A stretch of 64,000 bases of DNA from Anthoceros angustus. Lineage: Eukaryota; Plantae; Anthocerotophyta. The stretch is taken from the NCBI GenBank assembly GCA_010909165.1, contig MU008193.1, positions 248,001 through 312,000 on the forward strand. The letters are read 5' to 3'. Below the pieces are notes generated by a model that saw nothing but the letters and a program-made list of their open reading frames with translations, was not told where the DNA came from and did no database searches. Below, in pieces: positions 51,120 to 64,000 of the stretch (position 1 is the stretch's first letter; each line of letters opens with the position of its first letter). The position numbers and the translations under genes were made by a program.

Positions 51120-52002
51120 CTATTGAACACGAAATTTGATTGCACTCTTTTTCTTTACCCGTTCCAGAGTTGCCATAGGAGCCAGCCCTCCATATACAGC
51201 ATCTGGAACATCAACCTTTGGCCTCATTCTCCTCGCCACTTTCATCTTCCAGTGCAAACTCATCCCGGTTTGCAACCACCTTCAGCTGTTCAGCCTGGCC
51301 AACTGTCTCTACTCCACAACTCACAAGCCCATCACCCCGGTCTTTTCTCCAGGCCGTCCAGGGTTGCTCTAGACTGTGCAGCTACTTCCCTCTCAAAAAC
51401 TACCATCTCATCTTCAGGAACACCAGCGCACTTAAATGTATCCACGGCTTTTCTCCTGTCGACTTTCCTTGGTCAGCTTGCATCAAATATTCCGGCAAGC
51501 TCATCTGTTTCGTGTACGAAGTGAAAGTTAGACACTGCTCCAAAGGGATGAGTAATCTGTGATGCCTGCACGTAAATGGCCCGAACTCCATCTACTTGCT
51601 CAAGCTCAGCACACTTTGAGCACATGACCTTCACATCCTTGTCAGGTAGACCTGATTCCATGGCTGCCTGCGAAATCCTTCACATGTTAGATCCAATCTA
51701 CATCTACGAATCGAGTACTATGCCTCCGCGTCTATCACCAGCAATTCAAGCGATGCAAGTTTCCAAAGTTCCAAATGAGGGCCAAACGACAGTAGTCAAA
51801 CCTCAGAGATGTCTCTCGACTTTGGGACACCTAAGAACTCTGCCGCCCATGAAATATAGATTTGAAAGATGCTCATCTTCTCGGTGTCTGGGACAACCTT
51901 CGTAGCCCGGTCATATAGGGTCATGGCATATCGAGCCAGACCATATTCCTCTTCTAGTTTTGCATACTGCAGATAGAGACATTTTGCATCCTCTGCAGGG
52001 AC
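51120..52002 (-). pseudogene. SYF1: C-terminal fragment of pre-mRNA splicing factor SYF1/XAB2
   Basis: VPAEDAKCLYLQYAKLEEEYGLARYAMTLYDRATK...IYISWAAEFLGVPKSRDISE|QAMESGLPDKDVKVMC.K.AELE...LPEYLMQ...VPDAVYGGLA; HFEV/EDT segment missing, no upstream exons seen. Confidence 0.8.
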
Positions 52003-52329
52003 CTAACAAAAGTTCACGATAAGGGTTAGCTCATAGCACTTCACCCTTGCTGTTCGCTGTTTCTGCTGTAAACAACGCTGGGGCCTTATTTTCAGCTACG
52101 TAAGTTTTCGCCCACCATACGCCACATCACGGCGCATTCCCGACCGCCGTATGAGGTCAATAAACGACCCGCGACTGACTCATCAACTCTCAAGTCACTG
52201 AAGGTCTTATGCTGGTTTTGCATGTAGCCCGACCCGGAAGTGATCCTGGGTCACTCCGCGGGTCGGTGAGTTCATTTGTCATCCAACGGGCAACCCACTG
52301 AATGTAATTGACCGTCACGAGCCGGTGTT

Positions 52330-52790
52330 TATTGGTTGTTTCAACTCGTTGGCCCGGTCGTAACCCTAAAATAAATATACCCCGTTCTTGGTCACGGCTT
52401 CCCGTTCAAATTGGTCTTGCCCGAGTCATTGCTTCATTGCAAGATAAGGACCTTTGGAGACCGTGTGGGCTCCACTCCACATCGATTGAGAGTTAAGACA
52501 TCGGCATTTTGGCGTATTTTGAGGATGGCATTCTTTGCGTCTATGGAGTTGTGTTGGCAACGCTAGGGCATATTCGGAATTTTTTTGAAGCTAGTCCAAG
52601 AACTTGATTCTCATTATTTTCAATCTAAGGATGTGTTGGATTCGTTATTTATTTTCTCATTTCAAGGTGGATTGGAATCTTACGATGATGCTCTTGATGA
52701 CATTGTGTGTGCCTACACAGGTTTCATAGCAATATTGCCCGGGTCGAGCTACATGCAAACTGAAGGTCTTAGAGCGGGTTCGCATTAACC
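52330..52790 (+). pseudogene. Possible eroded DUF429 (RNase H-fold predicted nuclease) remnant
   Basis: LESYDDALDDIVCAYTG resembles the DUF429 C-terminal EDxLDAxxCAY motif; weaker upstream matches (RWPGRNP, VWAPL, ELRHRHFG). Confidence 0.3.
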
Positions 52791-55700
52791 CGAGCCCGGG
52801 CCCTTGAAAAAAAACCGGGCATGAGCTCTGTCACTCCGCATTGGAAAAAAAACACTTGTCATGGCCGGGTGCGGGTGACAAAACTTGTTATGGCTCTGAT
52901 CCATCATGAATATATTTTCTAATTATTGATTCTTATTCATAAATCATATGTCTCTGCTTGGATTTTGGTTTGCTTGTTGGACTCGCAGCTGGCCGGCGGT
53001 GATCTGGATTGCTTGGCCGCAACTACAATGGCCATGGGAAACATGAAGCATGTTTTGGTAATCTTCCTGGCACCGCTCACCATTGTCTTAGACGTCTTGC
53101 ATAAACCTATTTTTATAGATGCTTTCCTTGATGATGAGGAGAGCCTGGATGCTGAGGCTTAACTAGATGACATGTTTCAAGCTGTCCAAGTTTTCATGTC
53201 TTCCATTGATGATTTCATTCCCTCGCTTGTTGTTCTACCCAAACATCCAAGAGATCCGCTTTTTGGGATACAATTAGGGCAGTTCTATGTGAAACCAAAA
53301 ATGGTCATAATTTAAGATATTTTTTTAGTGCTAAATTCTATTTTGTGTTCACAAAACAAAGCAAAGTAGTCTACAGTCGGCGCATGACTTATCTACATAT
53401 CCGACGACTCTTACGATCCTAAGGTCTATACAGCCACCAACTACCGATGGCTCCTCCAATCCCAAGGCTATACCTTGCCAACTACCACCTATCAGCGGTG
53501 ATCTACCCTACCTCAAGCTACCTCACAAATCACTCCCTATGGACTCTACATAAGCCCAAAAGGCATTATCCTAGGAATTATGACTTGTACTCAAAGCATG
53601 TGGCTTTGGAGGATGAGCGTAGGTTTTCTGTGTTTCTCAGGTTCAACCCTGATTATTTTGCATACATTGTCAAGCTAGATAAATAAATATGCCATATAGA
53701 TAGATTCGATAAGACACAACTCATTTTCACAAAACTCCTTCTCCAAGAAGGCAGCTTCAACATGTGCAATAGCAGAGCTCACAAAAACGTCCCAGCACTT
53801 GTTCGGAAAAGAGAATTCATTTGAGATTCCATGTCAAGCCGAGGTGTATCATATGCTGTTGTAGTACAATCGATGCCAACAACAAAACCAAGAGAAACAC
53901 ATGTGACTCCTACAACATCGCCACGACTCCCAACTCTAGATTTTTGCACAAACCACACAGATTCAGTCATAGCCGTCAAACACTTGCGTCCGGCTAAGGG
54001 GAACGCAGCCTCCAGTAAGAGGGATTGGGTGGGGCCCGTGCCTTGGCATAGATAGGCACGTGCGGAGTGGGTCCGGTATCCCTCTGCGCGTGTGTAGAAT
54101 GCGGCTATTAAATAGATAGGTTAGCTAGTAGGGGAGAGCTGACGTTGCCAACCGTTTTGTCCTTAAGGAGCAGCCTTGGGAGCTGCATAAGAGGGAAGGC
54201 TGCAACCCTCTGTAATCGACCATTCCTTGAGTTTGATCCTGTATCCGTGATGTTTCCTTTGCCTTGCGTAAGCGGAGGTGTGTCTGCGCATTGCACAGTC
54301 ACCGAGCCCGGTGATTAACGTGAAATATGTCACTGGGCTCTAATGGGCGGATGGGCGAGTGGGAGGTGTAACCTCCGGTCGGGCCTCCGGTGCATGGTCG
54401 GCGGAGTCGATAAGAGGGAAGGCGCAACCCTCCGAATCGACCATTCCTTGAGTTTGATCCTGATCCGTGATGTTTCCTTTGCCTTGCGTAAGCGGAGGTG
54501 CATTGCCCGAGTCACCGAGCCACCGATTAACGAAAGAAATATGTCCCGGCTCTAATGGGCGTCATGGGCGAGTGGGAGGGTGTAACCTCCGGTCGCCTCA
54601 GGCATGGTGCGGCGGAGAGTCGAGAATCCTTCATGAGGGATTGTGGCCATGAAACTTCTACGCCACGAGGATGATTTTTAGCGCTCACGTGGTTACCGGC
54701 CTCTAGAGTGGACTTGGGCGGTTGAGTATGGTGAGCAATCGTCGGGAATGCCGGAAGGAAGGGAGTGCCTCCGCCCGGTTGTTGGTCCGCGGACCATCAG
54801 CTCCCAATAGTTAGAGTATCGCGCCGCAGGTACTTGACCGGTATTTTGTAGCGGTCAAGAGAATTGCGGGCTTTTAGAGGCCGTGGCTTGAGACTTTCAT
54901 CGGATGGGGTTTGAGAGGTTAGGGTTTGGTCCGCGTTGGAGTTAGAAATAGGTCCGTATTTATTTTCTCATTTTCAAGGTGGATTGGAATCTTACGATGA
55001 TGCTCTTGATGACATTGTGTGTGCCTACAGGTTTCATAGCAATATTGCCCGGTCGAGCTACATGCAACCTGAAGGTCTTAGAGCGGGTTCGCATTAACCC
55101 GAGCCCGGCCCTTGAAAACCGCATGAGCTCACTCCGCATTGGAAAAAACACTTGTCATGGCAGCGGTGACAAAACTTGTTATGGCTCGATCCATCATGAA
55201 TATATTTTCTAATTATTGATTCTTATTCATAAATCATATGTCTCGCTTGATTTTGGTTTGCTTGTTGGACTCGCGGTGGCGGTGATCTGATTAACGAACT
55301 AATGGCCATGGGAAACAAAGCATGTTTTGGTAATCTTCCGCACCGCTCACCATTGTCTTAGACGTCTTGCATAAACCTATTTTATAGATGCTTTCCTTGA
55401 TGATGAGGAGAGCACGGATCGAGGCTTAACTAGATGACATGTTTCAAGTCATTCCAAGTTTTCATGTCTTCCATTGATGATTTCATTCCTCGCTTGTTGT
55501 TCTACCCAAACATCCAAGAGATCCGCTTTTGGGATACAATTAGGCGTTCTATGTGAAACCAAAATGGTCATAATTTAAGATATTTTTTAGTGCTAAATTC
55601 TATTTTGTGTTCACAAAACAAAGCAAAAGTAGTCTATGGCGATGACTTATCTACATATCAAGCGACTCTACGATCCTAAGGTCTATCTGACCACCAACTA

Positions 55701-57026
55701 CATGGCTCCTCCAATCCCAAGGCTATACCTGCCAACTACCACCTATCACGGTGATCTACCCTACCTCAAGCTACCTCACAAATCACTCCTATGGACTCTA
55801 CATAAGCCCAAAAGGCATTATCCTAGGAATTATGACTTGTACTCAAAGCATGTGGCTTTGGAGGATGAGCGTTTTAGGTTTCGTGTTCAACCTCGATTAT
55901 TTTGCATACATTGTCAAGCTAGATAAATAAATATGCCATATAGATAGATTCGATAAGACACAACTCATTTTCACAAAACTCCTTCTCCAAGAAGGCAGCT
56001 TCAACATGTGCAATAGCAGAGCTCACAAAAACGTCCCAGCACTTGTTCGGAAAAGAGAATTCATTTGAGATTCCTAAACAGTCCAGAAGCCCGAGGTGTA
56101 TCATATGCTGTTGTAGTACAATCAGTACCCGAACAGTCAAAACCAGAAGAGAAACACATGTGACTCCTACAACATCGCCACGACTCCCAACTCTAGATTT
56201 TTGCACAAACCACACAGATTCAGTCATAGCCGTCAAACACTTGCGTCCGGCTAAGGGGAACGCAGTGAAGAGGATTGGGTGGGGCCCGTGCCTTGGCATA
56301 GATAGGCACGGCGGAGTGGGTCCAGATCCCGCGGTGTAGAATGCGCTATTAAATAGATAGGTTAGCTAGTAGGGGAGAGCCGACAACAACCGCTTTGTTC
56401 TAAGGAGCAGCCTTTGGGAGTCGATAAGAGGGAAGGCTGCAACCCTCTGTAATCGACCATTCCTTGAGTTTGATCCTGTATCCGTGATGTTTCCTTTGCC
56501 TTGCGTAAGCGGAGGTGTGTGCGCATTGCCTGAGTCACCGAGCCAGCTGATTAACGTAAAGAAATATGTCCTGGGCTCTAATGGGCAGTTCATGGGCAGA
56601 GTGGGAGGGTGTAACCTCCGGCGGTCAGGCCTCCAGTGCATGGTGCGGCGGAGAGTCAGTAGAATCCTTCATGAGGGATTGTGGCCATGAAACTTCTCTG
56701 CCACGAGGATGATTTGGAAGCCAGCGCTCACCTGTGGTTACTGGCCTCTAGAGTGGACTTGGGCAGTTGAGTATGGTGAGCAATCGTCGCGGGAATGCCA
56801 GAAGGAGCCAGGGGAGTCTGCCTCCGCCGGCTGTTGGTCCGGCGGACCATCCGACTCCCAATAGTTAGAGTATCGCGCGCACAGGTACTTGACCGGTATT
56901 TCCGACTGGCAGTCCAAGAGAATTGCGGGCTTTTAGAGACCGTCCGGTGGCTTGAGACTTTCATCGGAGTAGAGTTTGAGAGGTTAGGGTTTGGTCTGGC
57001 GCTGTTGGAGTTAGAAATAGGTCCGG
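52646..57026. repeat. Tandem duplication, ~2.3 kb + ~2.1 kb (52646-54955, 54956-57026)
   Basis: Collinear copies. Copy 1 also carries an internal ~225-bp duplication (~54188-54625). Differences are mostly 1-3 nt deletions. Confidence 0.9.
53020..53700 (+). mobile_element. Probable PIF/Harbinger transposase N-terminal remnants (repeated at ~55310-55925)
   Basis: Acidic N-terminus and EDERRFSVFLRFNPDYFAYIV, similar to the D..F...FRM...F..L HARBI1 motif. Confidence 0.4.
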
Positions 57027-57359
57027 CGGCGCTGGGATTTGAGTTGTCCAAGTTTTACCCTAGTTAGCTATGTTAGAAGAGACTTAGATGCAAGAATGGC
57101 ACAAGCCGTTCCCTTGGGTTCGCACCGACGACTACATCGACAAGGGTTATAAGTGTGCACCCTTTTAGCCCCGCTAGCAAAAGTATCCAAGGTCACCTGG
57201 GTGGACATAAGGCCTAAGATAAAGAGAACAAGGCCCAAGGTCATAATTGCACACATGGTCAGTATCACATCACCCTACGAGGCCCGCTAGTAAAGGTTGG
57301 CGCTTACATATGCAATTTGTTCTTCAAAGTACAACAAGGGTAAGTCAGAGAATTTCTAG

Positions 57360-57700
57360 TTGCAGATGCAAGATACTCGGACCTTGCATATATGGTTACT
57401 AACACTCACACCAGGACGAGTATTAATAGCTAAGGCAGATCTATACAACTTCAAGCAGTCATTGACACGCACGGTGGTAGAAGGTGTTTTTGGCCAATTG
57501 AAAAGTGTGTGGAGAATTTTGGGACGAAAGGCGTGGAAGGGGAATCCAAGCTTCCTTGCAAAGATGTCATATATTGTTGTGTTCTTCACAACATTCACGT
57601 TGAAAGAGGGGAGGGAATATATAGATCGCCGTTTATATGAAGGCTACACTTCTGCAAGCTTCACCGGACAATATTTTAGAGGATTTAATGTTGACAATGT
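57360..57700 (+). mobile_element. PIF/Harbinger DDE transposase C-terminal remnant
   Basis: LYNFKQSLTRTVVEGVFGQLKSVWRIL matches FN...S..R..VE.AFG.LK.RWRIL. Confidence 0.8.
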
Positions 57701-58499
57701 TGTAGGTTCCATGGTGTTCTTGGGATTTGCATTGAAGGTTAATGGATCATGGACAAGAGCAAGGCTGTTGTGGTCCGCTTTTGGTCGGTCGAATGACGTG
57801 CAGGCCTCCTGCAGGTCCGTGAACTTAGCGATGATGCAGCAAGACTGTGGGATGCGCAGACATCTGTGACCCGGGAGGTTATGGGAAAAACGATTTGTTG
57901 TTCCAGATAAAGTGCCTTTCTCGGTAAGAGGACATCAATTATAACCATTATAAACTTGATTTGTACATAGACATGATTTGTGGATAATCATTGAATTCTA
58001 TATTTTAACGTAGAGGACTAAATTGGCATCCTTTTTTGAGAAAAATGTAGAACAAGGTCTGAGGATATTGGCATAAAGTTTTAAAAACCAGCATGTGGGA
58101 AGAAGTTCCTTAACCAGAGCATCCTTGCAAGAGACATGGAGGGTGCTTGAGGGTTTCTTTGTTTCGAAGGGGAACATGGATGTGTGAAAGCAAGTGATCT
58201 CCCTATCAATCAATGGAGCAGGAGATGCGCGTAATTATCTTGTTTAGCACACTTGAATCGATAAGTGTGGATTAAGCTATCAAAAAACAACACAAACTAA
58301 ATGAAAATGGGCGAAAACACTCCCTGGTATCCTGGGTATAAGGCACAACAATTCTTGTGCTTTATGTCAAACTAGGGAGAAATGACGTGAAACTGATGCT
58401 AGGAACTAACTCTTAGAAGCTAGGGCTTAGCAAGTAGGTTTTGTTAGCTTAGTTTAATCAGTTGGTACTGATAATTACTAAAATGCCCTTAAACAGAAA

Positions 58500-61400
58500 G
58501 TCGGAAATAACCCGCAAAATGGCCAAGCTTGGGCGGTCTCCTCTCACACACTCGCGTGGGAGAAAGCAGACATGATCACTCCAATCCAGCAGGATGCCGG
58601 CACCAAGAGTGTGGTGCCCTCTATCGTGCAAGGTGGTTGCAAGGCGGTTGAGCACAAGACTGGCGGCGGCGTGGGTTGAAGTCCCTAGGAGGAACGCTAG
58701 TGAACACGCAATTTTGTTGTTGTCGAATTTCTAGGTAATGCAAAGACCTATTGTGTGTATGCGGCTGCATTGTGGCAATGTGTGTAATGTGCGATGTTCG
58801 GGACTTATCAGCTCTAGGCAGCCCGTGTAGGGCAGCCTTTAATTTTCTCGAATCGGAAGTGAGCATCGGCACATGTGGTGCATTATCTACCGACAAGCTC
58901 GAGAAGCATTCAACTTGATTCTCTTGGCACGGAGCACGGAGGAGTCTGCACCCTACGGCTCGCAGTTTGACCCAGCTTGACTATGGGCAGCGTGGTGTGC
59001 ATTTTGCTAGGGTTTCGTGCATGGTCGATTCTGCAGGACTTGTTGGGTTTTACGGCTCGGTGCTGGGCGGTGCGGGATTTTCCAGGCCAGCTGTGTGCCC
59101 GCTGCGTCGCACAACTCAAGGCCCTCTCATAATTTTTGAGTCCTCCCATGTCTCAACTGCAGCAAGTTTCCACGGCCGTCCAGAGCTCATAGCGATCGCC
59201 ACACGAGTCGGCTGCTTTCAATTTGCATACCATCTTGTTTGCCTCGTTGAGACGAATCCGTTGGTATCATTTTTGTCTACTTTCGAGTGAGAAACAGGGA
59301 CTGAATGCCTGGGAGAAGTTGATCACTAAGGGTTTTTAGTTGGGGGAATTTGGCTATGTGCAGCCAACACTTCTCTTGCTGCGGGGTAGGTGCTGGGTCT
59401 TGTACAGCACGAGCACGAGGAGTGAGTCGCTGAACAGGCTGAGGATTCTCGCGTGTGAGTGAGGCATCGGCTGAAAAAGCTTGAGGCTGTAGGGAGGATC
59501 TGAGTTGCAGCATTGGCGTGTTCAGTGTTTGTGTTTCACACTGATTCTGCAGCTAAGGTTTTCCCTCTGCAGCTGACAATTGATGCTGGCTTCCTTGACT
59601 CACTGGCGTGCTGATTACATGGGGCATGCCACCTGGTGAAGAGGGAGATAGCCCACGGTACCGTTTGCGAACGAGGGACGTGCCAGCCAGGGTTTTCGTG
59701 AGAAGGAGAAGGGCACCACGGCGTCAGCATTTGTCCTTAGAGGACCTACCAGCAGAACAGGAGCCCGGACAAGGATCCTTTGCACCAGCTGTTAGGGTTA
59801 GCTGGTCCCCACTTACACCTTGTGCGGTGACTCGATAAGGAGGCGGGGGCATGTCGGTGGGAGTGCACCTGGAGGGCTGGGATTAGGCCTTTCCTCGGGG
59901 CTCGTCGTCCGCATTTATCACGAAGACCAGGCAAGAGGACCCGTCGTGATTCGACACGATGGAAGGAGGGCCAAATGGCGGTGAGAAATTCTCGGCAGCC
60001 AGAACACAATCGTTGAGGGATTTTAGGCTGCGAGTCAATGAGGCAATTAGTAGGGTCAAGTTCAAACATGGGCCGCGATAACCACCTCTACATGTTCGAC
60101 ATGCTCGATACATGGTGATGAGGCCTGGATTTGTATGAAGCCCACCAAGCGGAGTGACCTCAACTTCTGCCCCTCCATTATTCCAAGGGCACCGCAGATG
60201 GCCTCAATGGTGGTGATGACCCACCAGCCATATCTGCAGTCGCAGCTGCAGTCGCCACCACCGTGATGCCTCCTCTCACGGCCACTGAGAGGACAATGAC
60301 CACGCGATTGATGAATTCATACACACCCCAAATATGCCAACCACATGGAAGAGTTCATGAAGATCCTCGAGAAGGCTTTTCCACTCAAGACTCCGAGAAG
60401 ATTGCGGAGTGGCAAGCTTTGCACGGAAAGGAGATCCGGATGTGTTTTTAGGTGCAAAAGCTGCGAGATGGGGCATGCTCACGGACCAAGAAGCGTGGAG
60501 AAATTCCTCCACGACCTTGAGGGTGATCACCGTTTTTCATTTCCAGTTGTCCTCACTTGTGGATAAGTATGGCGATGCCTATACTTTGCAGCAGTACATG
60601 AGGAAGCGGAGAAGAAAGAGATTGCTTACTCCGTCTTCTCCTCCAAGCATTCCAAGGCCTTCCACCATTATCAAGGCATGTTTTCAAGCAAGGGTCTTTT
60701 GCCTCGTTGAGACGAATCCGTTGGTATCATTTTTGTCTACTTTCGAGTGAGAAACAGGGACTGAATGCCTGGGAGAAGTTGATCACTAAGGTTTTAGTTG
60801 GGGAATTTGGCTATGTACAACACTTCTCTTGCTGCGGGGTAGGTCTTTGGGTCTTGTACAACGAGCACGAGTGAGTCGCTGAACAGGCTGAGGATTCTCG
60901 CGTGTGAGTGAGGCATCGGCTGAAAAAGCTTGAGGTAGGGAGGATCGAGTTGCGGCATTGGCGTGTTCGGTGTTTGTGTTTCACCGATTCTGCAGCTAAG
61001 GTTTTCCCTCTGCGGTGACAATTGATGCTGGCTTCCTTGACTCAGCGTCTTGATTACATGGGGCATGCCACGGTGAAGAGGAGATAGCCCGGTACCGTTT
61101 GCGAGCGAGGGGCGTGCGCCGGTTTGAGAAGGAGAAGGGCACCGCAGGTCGGCATTTGTCATAGAGGACCTACCAGCGAGCAGGGGCCGGACAAGGATCC
61201 TTTGCACCAGTTAGGGTTATGGTCCCCACTTACACCTTGTGCGGTGACTCGATAAGGAGGCGGGGGCGATGTCGGTGGGAGTGCACCTGGAGGGCTGGGA
61301 TTAGGCCTTTCCTCGGGGCTCGTCGGTCCGCATTTATCACGAAGACCAGGCAAGAGGACCCGTCGTGATTCGACACGATGGAAGGGCCAAATGGCGGTGA

Positions 61401-64000
61401 GAAATTCTCGGGCGAGCCGGGAACACAATCGTTGAGGGATTTTAGGCTGAGTCAATGAGGCAATTAGTAGGGTCAAGTTCAAACATGGGCCGCGATAACC
61501 ACCTCTACATGTTCGAACAACTATCGATACATGGTGATGAGGCCTCGGATTTGTATGAAGCCCACCAAAGCACCTCAACTCGGCGTCTCAATCCATTATT
61601 CCAAGGAGCCTGCAGATGGCCTACAATGCCAAGTGGCGGTGAAGTGATGACCCACCAGCCATATCTGCAGTCTTGGCGCCAGTCAGCCACCACCGTGATG
61701 CCTCCTCTCACTCTGAGAGAGGACAACGCGCAGATTGATGAATTCATACACACCCCAAATATGCCAACCACATGGAAGAGTTCATGAAGATCCTCGAGAA
61801 GGCTTTTCCACTCAAGACTCCGAGAAGATTGCGGAGTGGCAAGCTTTGCACGGAAAGGAGCAGTCCGGATGTGTTTCCGTGAGGTGCAAAAGCTGCGAGA
61901 TGGGGCATGCTCACGGACCAAGAAGCGTGAGAAGAAATTCCTCCACCCTTGAGGGTGATCAATTTTATTTCATTTCCTTGTCCTCACTTGTGGATAAGTA
62001 TGGCGATGCCTATACTTTGCAGCAGTACATGAGGCGGAGAAGAAAGAGATTGCTTACTCCGTCTTCTCCTCCAAGCATTCAAGGCCTTCCACCATTATCA
62101 AGGCATGTTTTCAAGCAAGTCTTGCCTCGGGGAACTTCTTCAAGGACTACACCCAGCCGGCCAAGGCGAGAATGCAGAAGTATGCGGCCACTGCTACTGT
62201 CCATGTGTGCAACCATTGTGGCGATCCGAGCACATCTCACCGAATTGCAAGTGCCCACCAAGGCCTCTTTGCACTCATTGTCAAAAGAATGGTCATGTGA
62301 GCACCGTGCTTTCAACTTCACCCCGAGAGGAGATACAGTCGGCATCGGTGGAGATGCTACGGTAGCATCAAGACAAAGGAGCAACTCCTGCGGTGGGGAC
62401 TCTAAGAGCAAGCAACGGAGGGAGGCGAAGCCAAGGTTGCGACAACGCGACAAGATGACGTCCGGAGGCCACGGTGGCTGCCTTGGCAGCAGTGGCACGC
62501 TTACAACCAGCCTCGATAAAGCTGGTGGAGCTAAGCCATGGGCTGCGAGCTGGTTCTGATGAAACGGCGGGGAAGATTATGGACACCCACATGAGGTGTT
62601 GACAGCATTAGCCTCGGGACAAGCTAAGGAAGATGTGCCCTACATGGGTTGGGCATGCCATTAATCTTCTTGGCTCGGACATCGTGTTAGCAAATGCGGG
62701 GCCCATCACCGAGCGAGGAGCAAGGGCAGCAATGCCTCAATCCTTTATGCCCTTGCCACACAGGCGCCATCCCATTACGGGCGGATACATCTTCACTCCG
62801 GTGACAGAGCCAATGCGAGAGATGAGGCGGGCCCTTTAGGGCAATTGTACATGATGCCCCTTTGGTCACACATGAGCACGGCAAAGACGGTTGTTGCAGC
62901 ACCATTAATGTCCTTGCGGGACATGGGCATGACGAGGCGTCTCCGGCAATCGCGACCACGAAGTCACGGTTGCTCATGTGCCGGAGATTTGGTAGTCGTC
63001 CGGGGACTTGTTCCTTTCCGGATCACCGTAAATTAAATTTGGAGCACGGTGGATGCTTCCATTGCAAATGACCCGCATGATCGAATTTCCAAGTCGGAGC
63101 ATCCACGCATCCGACCTACCAGCAGTCAGAATGCGAGTGAATGCGTGATGGTAGACAACCGAGAGGGACGGGTCACACAACGGTGCACCTGTGGTGTTCG
63201 GATGCTCGCCCGGTCATTATAAACAGTCTTGGCGGCACGGCTTGGTTTGCAGGAGAAGCACGCCGTCCCATGGAACATCCGCCGCCTCCGTGGAGCCTGT
63301 GTGGCGAGACTTGAACTGTGCACATCACATTGAATCCAGCTCATCGGATGCCATGACCATGTCTGCCGTGCTTGGTGACCACGGCCACGACTGCTTCTAG
63401 GGCGAGTTTCTTTTCCCACCGGCGAGGGAGTGGATAATTGGGAGCAGCCTTCTATCGGCTGGCGGCAGCGAGGAGGGCGGCGTTGCCACATATTCCCTTG
63501 ACTTGCAGCGGTGTGGCCACAGGCCACGTTAGTGGTGTGCCATGCTAGCAAGGAGCATCCGTGCAATCTTGAAGCTAGTCCAAGATGCTAACCAGCAAGA
63601 TGCACAATCTTGAAGTCGATGACGCCATTCCGGTCCATGGATCTCACAGCTTGCAACATGCCCTTGCACAACCCGATCATCCGAGCGAGCTCACGCGGCA
63701 TGCAAGAGGCAGTGCGGTGATGCACTTGTTGGATTCAGTGTTAACCACCACTCAAGATCGAGTCTTTGGATCACAATGTGATTACATGGGCGCCATCGTC
63801 TGGGACACGGTGGTAGAACTCTTTGGCGGGATCTGTCTGGAGGCTCTCTTGATATGTATCCATCTGATATCGTGTATTGACAATGATGTCACAAAGACGC
63901 CGTATCAGTTCAGCAAAGCATGAGGCGTTTTCCACAAAGAATCGCCTTGGAGGCCTATCACGGTGCTTTCACCGCTCTACCGCAGGATGTCCGTTACATT
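58500..64000 (+). mobile_element. Degenerate Ty3/gypsy LTR retrotransposon (probable LTR/PBS, gag, protease, RT)
   Basis: TGGTATCA (partial tRNA-iMet PBS) at 59262 and 60722; two CCHC knuckles ~62200-62300 (CNHCGDP.HISPNC; CTHCQKNGHVSTV); DHRKLN RT motif at 63021; very indel-rich; LTR ends not resolved. Confidence 0.65.
59240..62123. repeat. Tandem duplication of the ~1.45-kb PBS-gag segment (59240-60701, 60702-62123)
   Basis: Collinear copies differing mainly by short deletions; TTGCCTCG at the junction. Confidence 0.9.

Overview
Plant nuclear DNA. The short introns (often 45-110 nt), high gene density and ~50% GC genes suggest a non-seed land plant, probably a Selaginella-like lycophyte; this is inference. 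Recognisable host genes are MFL1 (plastid carrier), a CYP707A-type P450, RPL34, two tandem eRF1 copies, galacturonokinase (GALAK), a RING-tailed kinesin-7 and a conserved 7TM protein. A 4-exon gene with an intact frame encodes an unidentified Lys-rich 290-aa protein ('gene X'). The 12-26 kb region is a mosaic of overlapping tandem duplications with reciprocal pseudogenisation. Both eRF1 copies are frameshifted about 40 nt apart, at or just before the GGQ motif. TE islands contain a copia remnant, a CRE-clade RLE non-LTR element with an internal inversion, gypsy, PIF/Harbinger, a SYF1 fragment and a possible DUF429-like remnant. Two tandem duplications in 52.6-62.1 kb differ mainly by scattered 1-3 nt deletions, which points to unpolished long-read error and is a caveat for every frameshift call. 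All calls come from manual translation and remembered family motifs; no searches were run.
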